Shown: one piece after another, positions 1 to 14,715 of the stretch | Layout of the letters: the number at the start of each line of letters is the position of its first letter | How positions within the stretch are numbered: position 1 is the stretch's first letter | From: Hyphochytrium catenoides | Taxonomy: Eukaryota; Protista; Hyphochytriomycota | Direction: 5' to 3' | Assembly (NCBI GenBank): GCA_900088475.1 | Contig: FLMG01002416.1 | Span: 5,267-69,266, forward strand | Length of the DNA: 64,000 nucleotides | Made by a program: the position numbers and the translations under genes | Notes under the pieces: generated by a model | The model's input: the letters and a program-made list of their open reading frames with translations, nothing else | Told to the model about the DNA's origin: nothing | The model's database searches: none

Positions 1-93
1 GTATAGTGAGGCAAAGGCCGAATAGGAGCGAGTAGATGGAGAGGTGAGTAGGCTATCCACCACTTTCGCAGCAGGATCTTCCACACGTCGCTA

Positions 94-1610
94 TTACCTG
101 TTAACAATGGGCACAAGGATCCTATAGATCACGGTACTTCCTTCTACGCCTGGGAACTGAAGCCAGAAGAAAAGTACAGCCCACAGAGGTCCTGTGCCTT
201 GTAAGGACGGCTGCAGCCGGCTTGGAACGAAGACCAGAAGCGTCTCCATAGCTCTACCGACAGCGCAAAAGACAGCAAGAACCACCCAATACTGCAGACA
301 AAGCGGGAGGCTCCGTAGTGCTCGTTGATACTCTCTCTGTTGCTTCGACTGCACGTGTCGTTTAGACTTCATGCTCTCTTCTGCCTTGGCACCAGCTCCT
401 GTCTTTTCCGTATTTGTCTGCTCTTCGTCCTCTTCCACCTCCCGCTCTTTTTCCTCCTCTTTCTCTCCTAGGCGACCTTCTTGCTCCCGTATAGCGTTGA
501 GCGTAAGGACAGAGCGAACTAACGGGTAGTAGAAGCCCGGAATGTACACGATCAAGCTGTCAGGGCTAATGCCATAGAGCACAGCCGGGAGAAAGTACAG
601 CGAAGCAACTATGGGAATAAAGAAGAGGACGTGAGGGAGAGCCGCAGCAGCCACTCTTGACTTCTCTCTTACACTCTGGGACACCCGAAGATACCTTCTC
701 CTGATATTCTGCCGAACTTGCCGAACTCTGGTCCTCAACCTTCCTATGTATCCCTGACGCCTAATGAACTCTATCAGCCCTAAACCACCAGCACAGGCTG
801 CGAGAACCTTCGGGTCTTGCTCCATGAGGAATGACCAAAGAGCCTCTGAAAGGTACCGGACATGTGGAAAGCAGGCTTTTGACGTCGTGACCACTGCCAT
901 CATAATGGGTCGCAGAATCAGCATCCATAGCGTGGTCAGAGCTCGTACTAGGGCTAAGAGAAGGACAAGCACTTCGAGTATAGCCTGCCCTATCTCTGTC
1001 CAGTCTGTCTTACTAATGAAGTCGGGAAGGCTCTCTCTTACTTTGGCATCCACGGTCAATGTCGGCGTCACTCTCGCGATGAGAAACTTCAGATATCTCT
1101 TTATACAGCAACGGCGGGCGATAGAGAAGGGCGATGAACAGAAGGTCAGAGACGACAGAGCGAAAGAAGAGAAAGAAATATCAGAGCCCTTACCATCATT
1201 CGAGGCTCGACATCGTCATAGTAGATTGGAGCGGGCATGAAGTTCGGATCTTCGCTTTCAATGGTGACCGGCTCCGAGTCCTCGGCTAGGTTGACGTTCT
1301 CTTCCAAACGTAGTGGAAGATCTCCGTCTGCGTCTGCATGAAGCTCCATTCTGTGCTGTTGCACATCCAAGGCATCTGGGGCATGGACGGAGCCGCAGAC
1401 TGCTGACCTATCACTCCCGGGACCATCAGAAATGGAGGGAGACGCAGCTGCACAGCTGGTGCTTGAAATATCCTCCAAATCGTTCAGCGAAAGACCTGGG
1501 GCTATGGGCAGACAGGGGATGACGCACAGTAGCAAAGCCACACTATTCTTCCTCCAAATCATCTTGTTTGCCGCTATATTTCGTTCTCGGCACTTTACGG
1601 CGCTGCCCAT
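94..1610 (-). CDS. Multi-pass membrane protein with TB2/DP1/HVA22-like region; 3' end runs off the left edge of the window
   Basis: ORFs 1146-1610 and 94-1071 join in frame through a GT..AG intron (ATG ATG|GTAAGG ... TATAAAG|AGA TAT, about 1099-1193). There is a hydrophobic N-terminal segment and several TM helices. The motif LQYWVVLAVF...LFFWLQFPGVEGSTVIYRILVP resembles HVA22/REEP. The apparent stop at 94 lies inside a donor (AG|GTAATAG). Confidence 0.6.
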
Positions 1611-2424
1611 GCTACATATCCATGCGCCACCCTTAACTTACAATAAACACATAGCAACGCTCAGTCTGCGCAGGCGGCCTAGCTCACCAGTATAGGATAG
1701 GCTCCATCATTTGCAGCAGATCGGATGCGGAGAGCGACCCGTAAACTTCCGACGACCTAAGGCAGAGTATCCTCTGATAGCCCGCCTCACTGAATCCACC
1801 TCGCAGAGCTACTAGTCTCAACTGAGCAACCTGAGCTTCAGCGATGGCTCTCATAGGAGCTCGGTCTCCAAGAGCTGCATCTCCAGGTACAGAACGATCT
1901 CCCAGACATCTGGAAAAGCGTTCAAGAGATTCACAGCAACCGGCACCAAAGGAACCACTCTATCACGAATAACAAACGGCCTATCAGGGATAACGATAGG
2001 AGAATGCCCAACCAGATTACCCTAATAGGTTACTAGGGTCCCTGTTTAGCTCTTTGAACATAATCAAGTTCTTGTGGAACTCGATGCCGTTCCGAAGGAT
2101 ACTGGGTATCCACCCATACTACCCATGAGGCGGAACGATCAAGAGTTTTTTTGCTTGCGATTCTTCCTTTCCCATCAGCAGCAAGCAACTCGGCCCTGTC
2201 AGCGCCGCCAGAGCTCCGGCTGAAGAGAGATCACTCGCTGCATTCTCGAGCTTTGCTGCGCCCATTGCAAGGCTCCCATCATAGTTACTCTCTTTACCGT
2301 CTCTTTAACCTACGTTCGGGAATCTCTGGGCCTAGTCATTCTGTGTGATCGCCTCTCTTCTTTCTTAACTGACACCCTGTTTTCTGGTCAAGAGGCTCCT
2401 TGAGTCGCTGCGGCACCAAGAAAG

Positions 2425-4747
2425 ATGAATTTCATAGAGGAGCAGGCCAATAAATATCCTGAGCTCTCTGAAGATTATTCACAGATTGGAGACCTTTTTA
2501 ATAGAAAGTAAGTCAGCTTTAGCTCACCAATCCTCCGTCAGTGCCTTAGCTTTCCTGCCAACACAGGCTATACCACCAGTTATCGGAGAAGCTTGATGCC
2601 TTCGTCAACAACCCTAACAACAGTCGCGATGAGAACTTCATTGACGTAAGTGCTGTCAAATATATGTAGAGCTTCTGAGCTCTCTCCCGATCAGAAGCTG
2701 ACGCTCTTTCCTTGAACGTATCAGCTTTATATACACTTCGTCCGACCTATTGAGGCCAAACTGAATCAGCTTCGGCTAGTGCAGCTGGTAGCCCTGATAT
2801 CCCGACAGTACAAAGGTAAGTACAGAGCATCACCCTACCTTAGCATCATTGAGCTAGCTCTTTCCGTCTCTGGGACGCTTCTATAAGCTGCTAAGGAATG
2901 CATTCATCGACCACATAAATCAGATCCACTCAAGGCAGTTAAGCTTCTGGAGACACTGGCAGAGAAGGAGCAGCGGCTCGGTGTTGAGGTATCACACTTT
3001 CTCTAGATCAAACCAGCTCCCATTCTCTTCTCCGTCTTCCTACTCCTTGCATTGCATCGTCGACCTATCTCCTACGATGACTAACGTTGGACCCATCCGT
3101 TTGCGATACCGTCCCATCTAGGCTCACCTAGTATGCCTGATGGAGATTGGGCGCTACAAGGTTACACTTGGACAGACTGATGACGTGAAGACCCTGTTGG
3201 AGGAGAAGAGGCCAATTGTAGAGGGCTTGACAGGCGCTGAGCCTGTGGTGCACGCTTCATTCTATGGCCTGGCTGCCACCTACTTCAAGGTCAGACGTCG
3301 GCTTAGATCTGAAGTTTCGGGAGGGAAGAGGGTTTCAGGTTGATGGGGTGAAGGTGTAAGGATGACGTGATACTACCCAGACTGAGAATTAGACGATAGA
3401 GTGAAGGAGAAAAGGTCACCCAGTGCTTGTAGAGAGAAGCTTGGCATGGGGAGGCTAGATCAGGTCTCTGACTTTCTGCTCTATGTCCTCCACACTCTTT
3501 CTATCTACAGATGCTGGGTCCAGCTGACGCGTTCTATAAGAATGCGCTCATGTTCTTGGCCTACACGGACTATGATCAACTGACTGCAGCTGCCAAATTT
3601 GAACTGGCTACGGACATCTCCCTTGCTGCCTTGAGCGGAGAAGGTGTTTTCAACTTTGGAGAAGTAGTGAGTAGACGCTTACCTCCTGTGTGCAATGTTC
3701 AGTGCGACCGAAGCCTAACCAGGCTTACATTTTTGCCTCTAGCTGGCCACACCCATTCTTAAGGCATTAGAGGGCACTCCCAATCAATGGCTGTCGCAGC
3801 TCATGCATGCCTTCAATCGAGGAGACATTGACGCCTTCAACACGATAGTAGGCACACACGCTAAAGAGATCCAGGCACAGGTGAGAGAGAACGTGCCACC
3901 AGTTGAAATACGTCTGTTTGGCCTTAGTTTGCGTTGACTTTTGACTAGCCTTGGACTACGATCCTAAGCTTCTTTCTCCGTTTATTAAGCACTAACAAGG
4001 TATGCGACCTCATTTATCTCTTTCTCTTTCTATGTGCCTCGACCTTAGCCCTCCCTGGTTGCGAAGGAGGACTACATCAAGCAGAAGATTACTTTGCTTG
4101 CGTTGATGGAGCTAGTCTTCCATAAGCCTGCGCACCAGCGGAATATCCCCTTCGCAGAGATTGCTGAGGCTATTCGCTTACCCCTTGAACAAGTAAGGGA
4201 CGGCTAGGTGTTTATTGCAGATGGAGGTTGGCTCTGTCTGACCTAGAGCTAGCCTTTGACTGGAGTAACACGCGCTCTTCTAAAGTTATATGCGCTTTTG
4301 TTCACTGCACACCTATCACTGAGAACGCCAAATGTTTCTGCCTATTGGTCGGTGAGCTCACCTTTAGCATTGTTGGTTGCAGGTCGAATGGGTGGTCATG
4401 CGAGCGATGTCATTGAAGCTGATCAAGGGTACTATTGACCAGGTGGAGCAGATGGTCCAGGTGACTTATGTGCAGGTCCGTACCGCGACGAGTTTTAATC
4501 TAAGAATAGCGGCTTATAGAGAACTAACTGTTTGCCTCCCGAATGTCTCTATCTCTCTTGTCCCCTCGCTCTTATCTTCTTGTCTACTTCGTCGTCCCCA
4601 CCTCTTCCTCTTCTACACTTTCTGCCGCAGCCCCGAGTGCTGGATAACTCGCAGATTCAAGAGCTGACAGGCCGTCTGCAGGGCTGGGGAAAGAATGTCC
4701 AAGACTCTCTTCTATTCATCGAAGAACAGACTCCGGAGCTGTTCTAA
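2425..4747 (+). CDS. RPN9: 26S proteasome lid subunit RPN9/PSMD13 (10 exons)
   Basis: Spliced product MNFIEEQANKYPEL...LYHQLSEKL...AKLNQLRLVQL...FYKNALMFLAY...AALSGEGVFNFGE...KITLLALMELVF...VEWVVMRAMSLKLIKGTIDQVEQMVQVTYVQPRVLD...EEQTPELF*. All nine introns are GT-AG and in phase. Confidence 0.95.
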
Positions 4748-5082
4748 GCTAGCGTCTCTCTTTAAGCCACACAAATAAAGATCTATCGCCCTTTCTCTTC
4801 TACACGAGCCGGAATGCGTTTAGAGTATGACCCGCGAGAGACTGCGAGAGGAGACGTTCGAAAGATTGGCGCGCACTGTGCGGATGCTGAAAGGGTACAC
4901 AGAGAGCGAGCGCCACCATTGTGCATGTGAAAGTTAAGGACGGGTAGCCCCATGGATCCCGTTCGTGGGATAATAGACATGTTGCCCTCGCTGAAGTCTT
5001 GGCAACGACTGATAGCGGCTGAGGAAGAGTGGGCTCCAGCCAAGGAGAGACTGTCGCTGAGTGGTAGTAGACCATTGCTGTG

Positions 5083-7504
5083 CTACGTCCTGGGACGGTT
5101 CTGTCTCTCTTCACTCTTCTCTTTCCTCTTCCGTCGTCTCTCCAAGATCTGCGTGGCAGAAAGCGTCCGCCTTGTCTTCACTGCTACCATCGGCTCCTTC
5201 TTCTCTTCAGAAGTCGGCGATGTCACGTCCTCTGTCTTGGGTCTGTCCAGGTTAGGGGGAAAGCTCTGGTGCATTTGAGGAGAGGAGCGGCAGTATCTCC
5301 ACCAAGCCATAAACCCGAGAAGCCTGATGAACAGTGCCTTTCGCTGAGCTTTCAGTCTCTTCAGCTCCCTCTGTCTTGCTTTGATAGTGTCATGGTACTG
5401 CTTGTACCTCATCCGCTGCAGCTCCTCCTGCTTCCGCCTCCACCATTTATCGCCTAGGAAGGCTGCTCGCATGCTCAATTGGAGCTTCAGGGCAGGGAAG
5501 AAGAGGGCTGGGTGCAGCCGATGAAGGTCTTTGAACTCTGAGAAGTCGCATCTCCCGTCTCCGTTCTTATCCACTTGCTGCAGGACTTTAGGGACGTTGA
5601 TGAGCGGAGTCTCTGCGTGAAGGGACCGGATCAGTTGCTCCAAGGTCTCCTAAAGGTTACGGAGGGACGTCACTTGAGACCAGAACGAAGTGGCTAGCTA
5701 CAAAGTACTAGTGAAGAGCAAGCATGCTAAAGAAAAGCAGCTGACGATAAGGAGGAGACAGCGTGCTAGGTGCCCGGACAAAGATTAAGAGACAGAGGCC
5801 ATAGGCCATAGGCGGGCCAGTCTAGAGGTCTGACCATAGTGATATAGCCATTCTTCTGGACATCGACCACGTAGAAGGCGTCTGAGACCCGTGGCGGTGC
5901 ATAGAGCGAGAGGTGAGAGAGGTACAAGGTCAGCAGCTTGCTCCCTTGCGTGCAAGTGTTTAAAAGGACGGAAAGGATCATAGTGGGTGTAGAAGAGCCA
6001 AAGGAGGTGCTGATCGCCCTGTTCAAGAGAGAGGAAGAAAGGATTGAAAAGGGAGCGAGGAGAGGTAGGAAGATGAGGAACAGGGGAAAGAGAGATGGCT
6101 ATCAAGGGAAAAGGAAAAGAGCTCTGGTCTGTCGGTTCCTTACATTTCAATACATCCTCTTCCTCCATGAGACAGAAGGTTGTCAGTGTGTCGACGAACT
6201 GGGAGAAGTCCAGGGTCCCAGTAGTGCCATTCTCTATAAACATTGATGAAGAAAAGGGAGAAGCGACAGGTGCAAAAAGAGAGAAGAGAAGGTTGCATCT
6301 GGATGAGGCCGAGTTAGGGGCCTGCCAAAGAAGATGTGTGCTCACTGACCTGTGAGAATGAAGAGATGATCGCCAAACTGCGTTCTTTTCTCCTTGATGC
6401 AGCGATAGAACTCATCAATGTCCAGGGCCCCACTGCGACTGTGCCCACCCCAAGCAGGACGAGGGTAGCACCAGAAATGCGGAGAAAGAGAGAAAAGTAA
6501 AGAGAGAGCAAAGACAGGAGAGAGGAGAGAGAGAGGAAAGTGACAATCGAGACCATCAGCGAGAGGGTGATTAAGGAGGGAATGCAGGGTCAGAGTCAAG
6601 GACCACAAAGCGGCAAACCATGCCATGAGGCACATCTGTTCTACGTACTGCAGGGGAGAGAGAGAAAAAAGTGAGAGAGAGAGACAGAGAGAAAGACACA
6701 GAGAGAGAGAGAGAGAGAAAGAGAGTAGGTCGGGGGTGACGTTAGCCTCTCAGCAGTTAGAGACTTCCACTGTGAGTGTCGTACCCACCTCGTTATCCGC
6801 CGAGTCAAAAGCTGCCCGGAAGGTGATGAGGTCTTTCCCAGTCACTAAAGAGAAGGAGCGACAACCAAGAATATGAGGACTGCGGTTGAGAGAAGAATAG
6901 GGGGACGCGCATGAGGCAGACAAGAGAGGGCAACACGAGTCGAGAGACAAAGAGGAGGAGTGGGCAGTATATACGTGGTAATGAGAGTCAAGAGAGAACA
7001 AAGAGAGAGAGAGAGAGAAAGTGAGGAAAATGCGGAGTAAAGAACAGAAAAAAAGGATGATGGTCAAGAGAGAGGTCACTTCGTCATCAATACGAATGAG
7101 TAGGGATCGAAGAGACTGCACTCACGGTGCGCCCGTGCAATAGCTCGCTGCAAGCAGTCGTCCTGGAAGTTATTACTAGGAGCCAATCGCCCGTTGCCCG
7201 ACAGCGCGGCCATCGCCCGAGCCATCTTTTTTGGGACACAAGGATAGATAAGACAGCTTCTGTGAAAGGGGATGCTCATATATCAAGGTCTTTACTCTCC
7301 GTCCCTCTCCCTCTATCCCTAGAACTATTCCAACACCTAGCTCCACTTACTTTTTCTCTGTGCTTGCCAGTCGCACGGCTTCCAGACAGACAACAAGTCC
7401 ATCCCAGTGAGAGACCTTACATACGCTAGCAGTAGCGCACCTCCTGGTCAGAAGTGCCCTAACAACAGGCTCACCTGGCGCTGGTTCGGCACCAAGAGGA
7501 TCAT
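5083..7504 (-). CDS. Four-EF-hand Ca2+-binding protein (calcineurin-B/recoverin-like) with basic C-terminal extension
   Basis: Spliced: ...FRAAFDSADNDRSGALDIDEFY...ENGTTGTLDFSQF...YAFYVVDVQKNGYITMETL...VDKNGDGRCDFSEF...HPALFFPALKLQ...LGDKWW. The start codon is uncertain (7504 or 7225). The first EF loop requires the nested splicing described in the findings. Confidence 0.8.
6439..6789 (-). other. Complex intervening sequence: putative [D1,2] stwintron (internal intron 6788-6648 nested in the donor of external intron 6789 + 6647-6439)
   Basis: Exon...AAC GA | G [GTGGGT...GGCTAAC...(CT)n...CTGCAG] TACGTAG...CACAG | T CGC AGT GGG. Removing the internal intron recreates the donor GTACGT. The final mRNA encodes DNDRSGALDIDE. 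Confidence 0.75.
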
Positions 7505-8282
7505 AGCTGGAGCCGCTGCGGTCTATCTCAGAGAGAGAAACAGAAGACAAAGGAGAGAAGGAAGGCTGGGCAGGCTGGCGGGCGCAAGGGACTAGGAAGG
7601 GATCGTCGCCCCGAGAGAGGCAGATGCTGAAGGATGGCGCTCAGCTACCAGCACCATCGGTTGAAGAGAAGTATGTAAAACGGTAGTGGACGACAGGTCT
7701 CCCCCAGGAGTGATAGACTATCCGTTACATAGGGCAGAGAGCGTCGAGCCACTGATGACCTTACCCAGTGCGGAGTGCAGTGCGCCTTGCGGGCTTGCAA
7801 GGACCTGGCTGCTATTGATCCGTCAGTCAAACAACATGTTGGAGTTCGACAGTTATTAGAGGAAGGTAAGAGATGGAAGGAGACAGCCAACGGCGATGCT
7901 GATTATGGCTTACATTCCAGTCTGTAGCTAGTCATGCCATTGACTCAAGAAGCATCAAAGGCTACGCTCCGGTACTGTTAGCGCCCACCTGGGCATGAAG
8001 GCCCCTTGCGTGCGGTTATTACGACGGAGGGTGGGACTAGAGCACTCTACCCTTTTGCCAAAATTTCTAAGGAAGTGTCGGCGCTAGTCATAGTGTCATA
8101 GTGCATAGCAATCTTGAAGGATTGGGCCAAGTGTCCAGATAGTGTCCCCACTAGACCATGAAAGTGCTATGGCATGGTTCCCAAATAAGAAGCCGAACCT
8201 TACTACATGATGGAAGCGATAGATTTGAAGCATAGTAAGAACGATAACCCTACATCCTATCTGCGATTTTCCGGCGCCTCTC

Positions 8283-10489
<2,207 letters not shown>

Positions 10490-11294
10490 GGTTCTGAGGA
10501 GGAGATATGCACTTCCAGACCTTTAAAACGACAACACCAATATCTCGCGAAACAGACTAGTTGATAGTTGACAGTAATATGCGGTGAGCACCTCTAAATG
10601 ATCCTTCTGATATCCAGCAGACCAATAGAGGAGACAGTTGGACTAGAACGGAACTCTGCCAGATCTGCAGCTCATCGGATTTTGTGTCTCCAGGAACGGA
10701 AACTTCATTTTGTGAGCGAAGCGGCAAGCGAAGATACGGCAGGTGAATCTAAGCTTTCATAGGTCCCCATTGAAGGCCCAGCCCCATGAGATCCTAGGGG
10801 ACCCTCATCGCATTTCCCTGTTTTGAAGGGCTTTCGGCGCAATTGTCGGGGGCATGTTATGATTAATCAGCTAGGACTGAGACAGCTGTCGACGACACTA
10901 GGCGCCGTGCTTCTCCTGGGGAATGTCTGTCCTGAACCGCAAAGGAATTCCATCTTCATCTGTCATGGAGAACAAGGACGAAGGACCCTGACTATTCTGA
11001 ATATAGAACATTAGGTTGCGCTCTATACTCGATAGCGATCGAGATCAGCAATGCCCAAGGGGAGGTCTGGTTGGACGGTGATGGGTGATGGGTGCTGCTT
11101 GGTCTCAGCAGGAATCTCTATCTCCTCGCTCTAGCTGTACATTTGCCTGCTTTGACACTGCGTCTGCATCTGCGTCTTCATCTCCGTCTGCGTCTGCATC
11201 TGGCAGAACAAGCAAGAGCTGAGCCATCTTTGGATAGTTGAACAGCATAGTGGAGATATCTGCAGAGGGACCGTTACTATAAGAAGTACTAAAG

Positions 11295-12569
11295 ATGAAT
11301 AACTGCTATACGCCATGGAGGGAAGAAGAGGTGCCAGAGAGCACAGGCGGAAAGAAGCGTGGTCGCCAAGAACGGAAAGCAAATGAGTTTAGACCAATGT
11401 GTAAGTAACGTTGCCCTGCCTGACGAAGAATAAGCTTGTTTGACTTATGTACTTTCTCGTCCTTTTTTCAGATATCCGTCAAGGGGTGGTCAGCCAAGCC
11501 TCAGGATCTGCATATGTCGAAGTGGGCAAGACTAAAATTATCTGCTCGGTGTAAGAACAACTCTTCTCCTAACCTCCGTTACTCTTTCTGAAGCTGTAAC
11601 TCTAATCGTTCTACCTGGTCACAGTTACGGACCTAGATCTGGTTCCAAGAGACGTATGGACTTTAGCGAGGAGGGCGAGGTCGTTTGTGACTTTAAATAT
11701 GCCCCGTTCGCTTGCCGAAGCGGTAGACGTGAGAAGGGGCAGGTGAGCTCTGGCATCATACTCCAAATCTTGAGTTTAAGCTTAGTCTCTGACAAGATGC
11801 TATGTTTAGGGCCAGGATGAGAAAGAGCTATCTTTACTTATTGAGCAGACGATTTCTCCTGCTGTCATCCTGAAAAAACTCCCCAAGTCGATTGTAGATG
11901 TGTTCATCGTGGTCCTTGAGGCCGACGGAGGTCATAGGAGTCTCTCGCTCGTGCACTAAAGCCGCGCCTAATGCGTCTTCTTCTTCTGTCCATTCAGGCG
12001 AGTTGTCCGCAGCTATAAGTGCTGCGTCGCTAGCGATAGCAGATGCAGGGATAGAGATGTATGATATGGTCTCCAGTTGTTCTGCGGTAAGTTTTTCAGT
12101 TCAGAGTTTGTTTTCATCGATATATTCTAAAGCTTGCTCACCAGTGCTTGGTGGACGGTCAAGTTGCACTAGATCCAGACGCAGACGAGGAGCAGGCTGC
12201 AGATGCAGCTGCGCTCCTGGCTGTTATGCCATCACTTGAGCAGATCTCCCAGGTTCTGCACACGGGTGCGGCGCCACCTGCCAAGGCAACAGATGTACGT
12301 ATGTACTTCCTGGTGATCGCACAGCTGGTCAAATCATCTCTCGTTTGCTTCATTCTCTCTTTCCTGCCTCTTTAGCTCGCCCATTTGATCTGGGTCGCTT
12401 GCAGAACCCTTGCCCTGATCTATTACCCTAGTCACTAACGGTACCACTTATCCGTTCCCTGTCCGTTTAGCTGATGGAGCTCTGCCATGATGGTTGTGAC
12501 AAAATGATGGCAGTCATGACGAACTCAATGAGACAAAAAGCGGAACACTCAAAACCGGCGCCGTCGTAG
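11295..12569 (+). CDS. MTR3: Exosome RNase PH-like subunit, MTR3/EXOSC6 (RRP41-like) type (7 exons)
   Basis: Spliced: [40 protein letters not shown]...CDFKYAPFAC...[47 protein letters not shown]...LDPDADEE. DFKYAPFA and the YTPW N-terminus favour MTR3 over RRP41. Confidence 0.85.
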
Positions 12570-13586
12570 CAAAGTGCTAATAATAGAAAAACAATATATA
12601 TGATGAGTGGATGCTGACTCTGCCTGGAATGGGTGTTCGCCCGCGTTTGAGATACGAAAGTCATAGTGGCTGGAGAGATCAGATTGCGCCTTTGTTCTAC
12701 TTGACAAATCAATTTTAACGTTGTCTCTCTTGTTGCTATTTCCAAACCGACACTGTCGAGCTAAGGCCTTCCACGAGTTTCCGTCACCGTTGGAGCTACC
12801 CTGGGCGCCGATGGAGGTCGGAGGTGTCGAACGTATAACCGACGCTTCTACCGACTGAAGAGCTCAGTGCAGACGTATCGTTTGGCACTGTGAGGCATGC
12901 ATCCATGCAGCTCTCCCTAGAATATCCTCCACACTGCTTACTCGCCTGATGTCACAAGGGTCCGGGCCGTGTGACATCTTCCTGCTGCTATCATACAGCC
13001 TGGTCGTCTCAAAACGTCGTTGTTTTCAGCGTTGCGCTTTAGCGATTCTTGCAGTATGGGACCAACCGCACTGGCTCGTTGAAGAAAGCTTGGCGGGTAA
13101 GTTTCGCTCATTTATTTATTTCGGAACTCTGGAGACCAAAAATGACCGAAGATGACACAGATTATAGTGAAAGAGGGTTTCTGTCTGTCCGAGAATATCC
13201 TTCAGCCCTTTACGCGAAATCCATCAAAGAAAGTGTGAGACGAGGCTAACGAAATGTAGGACACAGTCCTTGCGTTAGCTCACGATATTAGTGCTTGTCG
13301 GTCATTCTCTAGCATCGTCCTCCCTGTCTCACTCTCCCGCACTGTTGCAGCATCACAATAGCAAATTCTTATCGATGGAAAGCGGCGTGCTCTGTCCGGC
13401 GTCAGAGCTCCATAATCTCTCTTGAAGACCTTTCTACCTCCTGAGCGGCAGACGAAGACATCCCGAACATCGAGCTAAACTCTCTAGGACAAACCTATCA
13501 AACCCCAGAATCTCTCCTTTCCATTGCTTGATAAACGACCGAGGAGCGTGGCCGATTGTGACAAGAGGCTTATTTGATCTACGACC

Positions 13587-14465
13587 ATGGATGCCAGAGC
13601 AGCAGCGGAGCAGCAGAAAATGCTAGAGGCTAGAGGCCATGGTAGGAGGACACCTTGTCGCTGCAATTTCTCTCGGCTGTTTCTGCTCAAAAGTAGTTTG
13701 GGATCAAGGCACCCCAATCCCAGAGACCTGGTCTCGACGCTCTGTCTTTTCTCTGAATTATGCTCTGTCTTGCACTCACTGCTGTCTAACTTTTGGAACG
13801 CTAATGTTGTTGGTGAACTCTATCTTGTGTGCGCCCTTGTGACTTCAATCACAGCCAATCATCCAGTTGCAGCTGAGGCTGTGGATTTTCACGTTGTGGA
13901 GGCAGAGAAGGTTGAGGGTGCTCCGGCGAATGTTCCTACAGTTGAGGTCACGGCAACCGCAGCGGCCGTGCCTGTGATCTTACAGGCTGAACCAGTCCCA
14001 GCGCATCAGCAACTTCCCATCATTGGTAGGTCCTACCACTTCGATGAAGATTCTGACTTTGTGCTCAATCAAGGCAAAATTCCTCACTCCTGAACCTTGG
14101 AAAATGACTGTCTTAGTTCTGCACCTCTGAGACTTGCTGTTGCCCTAGAAGTCCCTCATCACTTTGCTCAAACTCTACGGCGCCTTCCGCCACTCTCACT
14201 CTCTCCATAGTTCATTAAATATATGTATCTCTAAGTTTCTCCTGTCCGTCTGTCGCGCTTTCCCTATCCCTTCTCTTGCCTCTCGATCTTCTTCATCCCT
14301 CTTTTTAACTTGGTTACCCTCTCTCTTCCTTCCGTTGCAGCGCGTTGCCGAGATTGTCAGACCGAGTACCACCGGGATCCGAATGCTAAGGAGGCAAGCT
14401 GGGAGTACTATCGCTGCCAACGATGCCTGAAGGGTGGTCCTCTTAGAAACTGCAGAATCTTCTAA
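13587..14465 (+). CDS. Small (116 aa) uncharacterised protein with C-terminal CxxC..CxxC zinc ribbon and CaaX-like end
   Basis: Exons 13587-13641, 13855-14025 and 14341-14465 join through phase-1 GT-AG introns (351 nt total). The C-terminus is ARCRDCQTEYHRDPNAKEASWEYYRCQRCLKGGPLRNCRIF*. Confidence 0.75.
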
Positions 14466-14715
14466 AGCAACTTTCTTCGTCGTCATACATCCTTCTCATT
14501 CTGCTCCCTGTCGCACCCTTTTGTCCATCCTCAAAGTCTCTCTCATACGCTCACTAAACTTCTCTGTCCACAAGGTGTAGAGACCTAGACACCATTTATA
14601 ATGTATAGCTCAGTGATCACATCCTTACGATCCAATTACGGATATTGAATGACGCTGATGGAGAAGATATATATAAAGGTTAGACCGTCTTCCGATCTTG
14701 TATAGCAGAGACAGC

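Noticed and set aside
6634-6647. 14-nt microexon TACGTAGAACAGAT as an alternative to the stwintron
   Set aside because: It restores the frame but uses a weak GTGCCT donor and inserts YVEQI into the EF-hand loop. Less likely, though not excluded without cDNA.
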